A DNA stretch of 40,971 nt from Candidatus Omnitrophota bacterium (GTDB lineage: Bacteria > Omnitrophota > Gorgyraeia > Aquiviventales > Aquiviventaceae). The notes under the pieces were generated by a model. That model had not been told where the DNA came from. It worked only from the letters and a program-made list of their open reading frames with translations, and searched no databases. Positions within the stretch are counted from its first letter, which is position 1, and every line of letters begins with the position of its first letter. Below, piece after piece: positions 33,469 through 38,680 of the stretch. The position numbers and the translations under genes are program-made. Location: the NCBI GenBank assembly GCA_016198915.1, contig JACQHS010000110.1, positions 1 to 40,971 on the forward strand. The letters run 5' to 3'.

Positions 33469-34049
33469 CCCGGGCCACGCTCTGGAGGCTGCTCGGACGC
33501 TATGCGGTGCCATGCGCAGTCCGGAGTCTCTACTACGCCGTGAGGTTTCGGTGTCTCGTGAGCCTTCGAGCGGATGTGCAGCTCTCCTCCCGCATCCGGC
33601 TGGGCCGGGGGAGCGATATCCGGCCCTACGCCCGGATCATCAACGGCACGGGCTCGATCATCCTGGGGCGGCGCTGCGGCATCAGCAGCTTCACCTATCT
33701 GGCCAACGGCTCAGCGTTCATTCGGATCGGCGACGGCGTGCGGATCGGCCCGCACGTCTACCTCGGGTCATCCAACCGGGGTTTCGAGGATCCCAATACG
33801 CCGATCCTCGACCAGGAGAAAAGCGAGCAAGGCATCGTCATCGAGGATGACGTGTGGGTCGGCGCTCACGTGGTCGTGTTGGACGGGGTGCGCATCGGCC
33901 GGGGATCCGTCATCGGGGCGGGGGCCATCGTGACGCGGGACATCCCGCCGTTGTCCATCGCGGTGGGCAACCCCGCGCGGGTGATTCGTCAACGCGGCGA
34001 CCGGCCCCAGGTGCGCGCGGGCCGGCCCGCTGAGCAGGTCTTGCGATGA
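33465..34049 (+). CDS. Hexapeptide-repeat (LbH) O-acetyltransferase
   Basis: '[15 protein letters not shown]...[49 protein letters not shown]'. ATGA overlaps at both ends. Confidence 0.85.
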   Translation: MTRATLWRLLGRYAVPCAVRSLYYAVRFRCLVSLRADVQLSSRIRLGRGSDIRPYARIINGTGSIILGRRCGISSFTYLANGSAFIRIGDGVRIGPHVYLGSSNRGFEDPNTPILDQEKSEQGIVIEDDVWVGAHVVVLDGVRIGRGSVIGAGAIVTRDIPPLSIAVGNPARVIRQRGDRPQVRAGRPAEQVLR

Positions 34050-34984
34050 ACACGATGAAGCGCGTGTCGGTCGTGATCCCGGTGTACAACGAGGTCCAGA
34101 ACATTGAGCCGCTCTATCGGAAGCTGCAGGAGCTTGCCCGGACCACGCCGTCGGTGTCGGAGTTCCTCTTCGTGGATGATGGCAGCACCGATGGAACCTG
34201 GCAGGCGCTCGTGAGCCTGCGCGAGCGGGATGCCCATGCCCGGGCCATTCGATTGCGCCGCAACTTCGGCCAGACCGCGGCGATGGCCTGTGGGATCGAT
34301 CATGCCCGGGGCGAGGTGATCGTCACGATGGACGGCGATCTGCAGAACGACCCCAGCGATATTCCCCGGTTGGTCGCGAAGCTCGATGAGGGCTTCGATG
34401 TGGTGTCGGGCTGGCGCTACCGTCGGCAGGACCGCCTCTGGACGCGACGCATCCCCTCGACGGTGGCGAATCGTCTGATCGGCCTGTTGACGGGCGTCAA
34501 GGTGCACGACTATGGCTGCTCCCTCAAGGCCTATCGCGCCGAGGTGATCCGGCAGACCCCGCTCTATGCGGAGCTGCACCGCTTCATCCCCGCGCTCTCC
34601 ACGATGACCGGGGCGCTGATCGGGGAGCTCAAGGTTGCGCACCATGCGCGAACATTCGGACAGACCAAGTACAACCTCTGGCGCACCTGGAAGGTCGCCT
34701 TGGACATGGTGACGGTCTCGGTGCTCCTGAAGTTCGCCCTGCGGCCGCTGCGCTTCTTCGGATTCGTGGCGCTGGGCGTGCTGGTGCCGGCCGGGATCGC
34801 GCTGGCGAGGGCCTGGCAGGGTTTCGTGGTTCCCTCGTCGCCCGGGCCGGTCGTCCTGGCCGGGGCGGCGTGCCTGGGCCTGTGGCTGGCCGGGCACCTC
34901 CTCATCGTGGGATGCGTCGCCGAGCTGTGCCGGGCCACCGCCCACGCGGATCCACAGCGATCTCTGGTGCCCGAGGGAGCGTGA
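34046..34984 (+). CDS. GT2 polyprenyl-phosphate glycosyltransferase (GtrB/ArnC/DPM1-like) with two C-terminal TMs
   Basis: '[10 protein letters not shown]', '[10 protein letters not shown]', 'RNFGQTAAM', '[11 protein letters not shown]' and 'GWRYRRQD', then TM helices. Confidence 0.85.
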   Translation: MNTMKRVSVVIPVYNEVQNIEPLYRKLQELARTTPSVSEFLFVDDGSTDGTWQALVSLRERDAHARAIRLRRNFGQTAAMACGIDHARGEVIVTMDGDLQNDPSDIPRLVAKLDEGFDVVSGWRYRRQDRLWTRRIPSTVANRLIGLLTGVKVHDYGCSLKAYRAEVIRQTPLYAELHRFIPALSTMTGALIGELKVAHHARTFGQTKYNLWRTWKVALDMVTVSVLLKFALRPLRFFGFVALGVLVPAGIALARAWQGFVVPSSPGPVVLAGAACLGLWLAGHLLIVGCVAELCRATAHADPQRSLVPEGA

Positions 34985-35979
34985 TGCCGATGAGGGCGAA
35001 ACGTCCTACGACCGAGTCACGCAGGAGGGCCGCGGCCAGTCCGCCACATCCCCAGCTCTCCGTCGTGCTCCCCCTCGAAACCACGGGTGACGATCCGGGG
35101 GTGATCTGCCGTGAGGCGCGTCGGATCCTCTCGCCGCTGGTGAAAGACTACGAGGTCATCTGTGTGGATGATGCCACGGAGCCCCCGATGCGGGCGATGA
35201 GCGAGGCCGCGCAGGCGCAGTTTCCTGAAGTTCATCTCATCAGACTGAAGCGTCGGATGGGCGAGTCCGCGGCGATCGCCATCGGCGCGGGGGCGGCGCG
35301 GGGCGAGTTCCTGCTCACCCTGGATCCCTATATGCACGTCTCGTTGGAGGATGTCCCGAAGCTGCTCGGGCCGCTGCGCAACGGCGCGGATCTGGTGTGC
35401 GGGTGGCGCTGCCCCCGGCAGGACTCCGGGCTGAGCCGGCTGGCCTCGCGCACCTTTAATGCGCTCGCGCGCTGGCTGACGAAGGTTCCGGTGCACGATC
35501 TCAATTGCCGCACGCGCGCCATGCGCCGCGAGGTCCTCCAGGACGTGCCGCTCTACGGGGATCTGCACCGTTTTCTGCCCGTGTTTGCGGCATCGCGCGG
35601 CTACACCTGGTGCGAGATCCAGGTGCCGCAGCAGCCAGGCAAGCAGGAGACGGGCGCGTTTCGACCGCGGAACTACGCCAGGCGATTCCTCGATCTCGTG
35701 ACGCTGATCTTCCTGACGCGATTCGTCAGGCGGCCCCTGCGCGTCTTTGGGCTCATCGGGTTGGCGAGCTTCTTGGGTGGTATGGCGATCGGCCTCTACC
35801 TGAGTTATGTCCGGCTCGTCATGGGGCAGGCGATCGGGCATCGCCCGCTGCTGCTCCTCGGGATCCTGCTGGTCGTCGTCGGGATTCAGATCGCCTCCAT
35901 CGGCCTGCTCGGCGAACTCATCGTCTTCACGCACGCACGCGATCTCAAGGACTACGTGGTCAAGCAGCGGTTGGGCTAG
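34984..35979 (+). CDS. Divergent GtrB-like GT2 paralog with degenerate catalytic motifs
   Basis: Collinear with the previous gene, but 'PVYNE' becomes 'PLETT', 'DDGSTD' becomes 'DDATEP' and 'DGDLQ' becomes 'DPYMH' (codons from 35323). The C-terminal TM pair is retained. Confidence 0.7.
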   Translation: MPMRAKRPTTESRRRAAASPPHPQLSVVLPLETTGDDPGVICREARRILSPLVKDYEVICVDDATEPPMRAMSEAAQAQFPEVHLIRLKRRMGESAAIAIGAGAARGEFLLTLDPYMHVSLEDVPKLLGPLRNGADLVCGWRCPRQDSGLSRLASRTFNALARWLTKVPVHDLNCRTRAMRREVLQDVPLYGDLHRFLPVFAASRGYTWCEIQVPQQPGKQETGAFRPRNYARRFLDLVTLIFLTRFVRRPLRVFGLIGLASFLGGMAIGLYLSYVRLVMGQAIGHRPLLLLGILLVVVGIQIASIGLLGELIVFTHARDLKDYVVKQRLG

Positions 35980-35987
35980 TTAAGAAC

Positions 35988-37226
35988 ATGAGTGATACGG
36001 AGAACAGGAAGCTCTTTGTGTGTTACATCCCCGGGGCCGATCTGCGGCGCCTTAACCCCGCGAACGCCCCCTACATGGCAGGGCTGCTGCAGTCCTACCC
36101 CATGATGGTGTTCACGCGGGGATTTCCCACCACCGAGACGCTCTCCACGATCATCACGGGCGCGCGTCCCAACGAGCATGGGGTGTGGCAGGCGACCTTG
36201 CGCTCCGACGGGCAGCTCTCCTGGATGGATCGCGTGATGGACGCCCTGCCGGATCCCCTGACGACCACGGTCCAGTGCGTGCTGTACCAGTTGGGGCGGT
36301 TTGGGGAGATGCCGACGATTCCGCCGCGGCGGCGCCGGCGGCTGGAGTTCAGGAGAGTGAAGTTTCGCGGGAGCGCCGACACCAGCGAGATGCTGACCAA
36401 GGTTGGTGACGTCGAATCGGTCTTCCGGATCATTGGGGCGACAGAGTGCAGCTATCGGTTCTCGGACCAGTTTCACGCCCGAGCCAGGTTGCTGCAAGAG
36501 GCCGTGTCGGGGACGCACAAGCTCGAAATCCTCCAATTCCACGGATTGGATGTGCTCTCGCACTGGCGGCTCGACAACGAGCAGGCCGTGCGCCAGTACT
36601 ACCGGCTCACGGATGCGTTTGTGCGCGAGCTCCATGAGAAATGCCAGGCGAGAGGGGTGACGATGGTCCTCTCTTCAGATCACGGACAGGAGACGGTGCG
36701 GGGCACGGTGGATCTGCGCAGGGCGCTGCGCGGGTCGGGCGTGCCGGAGGACGAGTACACCGTATTCATCGAGGTCATGATGGCGAGATTCTGGTTTCAT
36801 TCCCCGGCGGCCCGGGAGGCCCTGACGAGGGTGCTCTCGAAGACGCCGCATGGGAGGGTGGCCGCGTTCGAGGAGTTTGGCCGGTACCGGATGGACCTGG
36901 CGGACGGACGCTACGGCGAGGTGTTCTTCTTGATGGATCCGGGCTACACCATCTTCCCGCATGATTTCTACCACCCGGTCGTCAACTGCTATTTCGGCCT
37001 GAAGGACTGGCAGCAGCGACGCCGCGCGCACAACCCCAGGCACTATGCGTATCATGGCTATGCCACGGTCTGCGACGCGGAGAAAGGGTTCATGACGGTG
37101 CTGGACCACCGCTATCGGACTGATGGCCAGGAGCACGAGCTGATTGACATGGCTCCGTCTCTGCTCGGCCTCCTGGGGTACCCGAAACCCGCCTCGATGT
37201 CGGGTCACCCCAGATTCCATCGCTGA
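35988..37226 (+). CDS. Type I phosphodiesterase/nucleotide pyrophosphatase (NPP)-family AP-superfamily enzyme, apparently cytoplasmic
   Basis: 'FPTTETLSTIITGARPNEHGVW' (NPP-type Thr nucleophile motif T..P...S/T..TG..P..HG) and 'VLSSDHGQE'. No signal peptide or TM at the N-terminus. Confidence 0.65.
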   Translation: MSDTENRKLFVCYIPGADLRRLNPANAPYMAGLLQSYPMMVFTRGFPTTETLSTIITGARPNEHGVWQATLRSDGQLSWMDRVMDALPDPLTTTVQCVLYQLGRFGEMPTIPPRRRRRLEFRRVKFRGSADTSEMLTKVGDVESVFRIIGATECSYRFSDQFHARARLLQEAVSGTHKLEILQFHGLDVLSHWRLDNEQAVRQYYRLTDAFVRELHEKCQARGVTMVLSSDHGQETVRGTVDLRRALRGSGVPEDEYTVFIEVMMARFWFHSPAAREALTRVLSKTPHGRVAAFEEFGRYRMDLADGRYGEVFFLMDPGYTIFPHDFYHPVVNCYFGLKDWQQRRRAHNPRHYAYHGYATVCDAEKGFMTVLDHRYRTDGQEHELIDMAPSLLGLLGYPKPASMSGHPRFHR

Positions 37227-37286
37227 AAAAATTGGGACAACCTTTTTTGGAACGGCACCAGGTGGTAAACGAAGGGAACGGGTGAG

Positions 37287-37600
37287 ATGGCGAAGACCGC
37301 GTCTGTCAGGACATCGCCGCTCGTGTTTGGGAGTCCGATGATCGAGGAGCCGGAGATCGCGGAGGTCGTGGTGGACGGCCGGACAGGCTACCTGGTCCCG
37401 GAGCATGACGTCGAAGGGCTGGGAGACCGCATTGCGCGATTGGCGGAGAACCCCGAGCAGCACCGGGCCTTCGCCCGGGCGGCGCGAGAACACGTCCGCC
37501 GGTCGGGTCGTACCACTTGGATGACACCATGGGGCAGTTGGAGGCACTCTATGACACGGTTTGCGAGGACCTTGGGACTCGCTCATCGCGGAAGCCCTGA
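37287..37600 (+). pseudogene. 3' relic of a GT4 glycosyltransferase, internally frameshifted
   Basis: The frame of 37287 reads 'EVVVDGRTGYLVPEHDVEGLGDRIARLAENPEQHRAFARAAREHVRR' (the usual GT4 C-terminus). The expected continuation 'YHLDDTMGQLEALYDTVCEDLGTRSSRKP*' is in another frame (37511-37600). No GT4 N-terminal half lies upstream. Confidence 0.6.
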
Positions 37601-38285
37601 CGTGGCCGAGAGGCACGTGCAGGCACGTGCCGGGCATGAGGCTGCGCTCCGCAGGCAGGAGAGAGGATTGCTGTATGCCAGCTGCCTACTCTTTACCGTG
37701 TGGACGGTCTATTTGTACGTCTCCGGCTCGCCACTCCTTAAGACGTTGTGTGAGGAAGATGGCCTGGTTGAGAACCTCACGGCGCTGTTCTATGTCATCG
37801 CGGGGCTGATCTTTCTCCTTGCAGCAACACAGTCCGGCCTGAAAGCCTCGGTGTGGTATTGGGGCTTCGGGTTACTCTTCCTCTTTATCGCCGGTGAGGA
37901 GATCAGCTGGGGGCAGCGGCTCTTGGGTTTCTCGACACCTTCAGCGCTGATCGAGAAGAATGTCCAGCGTGAGGTCACCCTCCACAACCTTCAGGGATTC
38001 CAGGGGAGCAGTCGAGGGATTGGGGTGCTGCTCTTCTCGGCCGTGTGTTTCCTCATCCCACTGACGAACCGATTCAGCCACGCGCTGCGACGGTGGTACG
38101 GGACGCTCAGGATGCCCATCTATCCGTTATGGGCTGTCGGCGTCACAGCGTTGGGGATCCTGTTCATGGCGATCCCCAGATTGATGTTCCCTGAGCCGGT
38201 CGCTGAGTTGGATGAGATCGGGGAGCTCTACCTGCCAGTGGGTTTCCTCGTCTTTGCCTACACGGAGTACATCCGAGCGCGCTAA
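37287..38285 (+). CDS. Hypothetical polytopic membrane protein; the ORF as drawn is chimeric (GT4 relic codons + ~6-TM body)
   Basis: TM segments 'LLYASCLLFTVWTVYLYV', 'LTALFYVIAGLIFLLAA', 'VWYWGFGLLFLFIAGEEISWGQ', 'GIGVLLFSAVCFLIPL', 'LWAVGVTALGILFMAIP' and 'LYLPVGFLVFAY'. The true start may be internal (ATG 37521 or 37551). Two 60-nt lines I counted (37681-37800) are about 52% and 58% G+C, visibly below the rest of the locus. Confidence 0.5.
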   Translation: MAKTASVRTSPLVFGSPMIEEPEIAEVVVDGRTGYLVPEHDVEGLGDRIARLAENPEQHRAFARAAREHVRRSGRTTWMTPWGSWRHSMTRFARTLGLAHRGSPDVAERHVQARAGHEAALRRQERGLLYASCLLFTVWTVYLYVSGSPLLKTLCEEDGLVENLTALFYVIAGLIFLLAATQSGLKASVWYWGFGLLFLFIAGEEISWGQRLLGFSTPSALIEKNVQREVTLHNLQGFQGSSRGIGVLLFSAVCFLIPLTNRFSHALRRWYGTLRMPIYPLWAVGVTALGILFMAIPRLMFPEPVAELDEIGELYLPVGFLVFAYTEYIRAR

Positions 38286-38413
38286 GTTCTTGGGCGCTCC
38301 CGGCCGCCTCAGTGGGAGACCGCGCCCTCTGTGACCCGCCGGTACTGACACCTCGGCTCAGGCTGGACGGAACTATCACGTGATATTTGTGAGGATATTT
38401 TTGCCTCCCGCCC

Positions 38414-38443
38414 TTGTCAGTCTCCACGGCGATCAGGCATACT
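38414..38443 (+). promoter_or_regulatory. Candidate sigma70-type promoter for the leader and beta-helix gene
   Basis: -35 TTGTCA (38414-38419), 18-bp spacer, -10 CATACT (38438-38443). Lies in the least GC-rich part of the window. Confidence 0.25.
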
Positions 38444-38492
38444 TTCGGTGCACGATCGTAGGTTGACAATCAGCAGGACGGATTGACCCTCC

Positions 38493-38591
38493 CAGCGGCG
38501 TGAGGCCGCTGCAGGAGAGGCGCCCCGCGAAGATGGGGCGCGAGGTGCTGCGGCACCTGTGAGGCTGGATCCCGCGGCAACGCGGCGGGAT
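38493..38591 (+). promoter_or_regulatory. Candidate structured RNA leader (four consecutive GC hairpins), class unknown
   Basis: H1 38493-38511 (CAGCGGC/GCCGCTG, 5-nt loop). H2 38520-38541 (GCGCCCC/GGGGCGC, 8-nt loop). H3 38543-38558 (AGGTGC-TGCG-GCACCT). H4 38572-38585 (CCGCG-GCAA-CGCGG, GNRA loop), with an alternative register ATCCCGC/GCGGGAT at 38569-38591. Confidence 0.4.
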
Positions 38592-38612
38592 TAGCAGACT
38601 TCGACACGGATT

Positions 38613-38650
38613 GCCGGGCTACCGGAGAACGGTAGCCCGGCTTTTATTTT
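38613..38650 (+). terminator. Rho-independent terminator / attenuator hairpin
   Basis: Perfect 11-bp stem GCCGGGCTACC (38613-38623) / GGTAGCCCGGC (38631-38641), 7-nt loop, then TTTTATTTT (38642-38650). It lies 30 nt upstream of ATG 38681. Confidence 0.8.
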
Positions 38651-38680
38651 CTGCCGCCCGGAGCAGGGAGGGACGAAGCC

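Noticed and set aside
11404-35987. 5' extensions of + strand track ORFs (11404-11760, 11874-12884, 19850-19945, 21573-21968, 28314-28439, 30002-30157, 31270-31326, 33108-33464, 34870-34983, 35505-35987).
   Set aside because: The extensions overlap the preceding, well-supported gene in another frame and translate to Arg/Gly/Pro-rich junk. In each case an ATG sits at or just after the upstream stop codon and begins the recognisable domain.
37226-37248. A6-N11-T6 palindrome after the NPP gene as an intrinsic terminator.
   Set aside because: The stem would be only A-T pairs with an 11-nt loop and no GC clamp. It is more likely just an AT-rich junction or scar.
38292-38327. Imperfect GC hairpin (GGGCGCTCCC ... 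GGGAG-ACCG-CGCCC) just after the last operon gene as its terminator.
   Set aside because: It has a 4-nt bulge, a 12-nt loop and no following T-tract. It could act in a GC-rich organism, but the sequence evidence is too weak to annotate.
38463-38468. Perfect TTGACA hexamer as a -35 box.
   Set aside because: At 16-18 bp downstream the sequence is GACCCT/ACCCTC, so there is no -10-like element. The TTGTCA/CATACT pair at 38414-38443 is a better, still weak, candidate.
38450-38650. Assigning the leader to a known riboswitch class, especially c-di-GMP-I/II, which would suit an EPS-related gene.
   Set aside because: I could not find the conserved GEMM-I strings (such as the ACGCAAAGC-type junction) or the core sequence of any other class I remember. 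Only generic hairpins are seen, so the class is left unknown.
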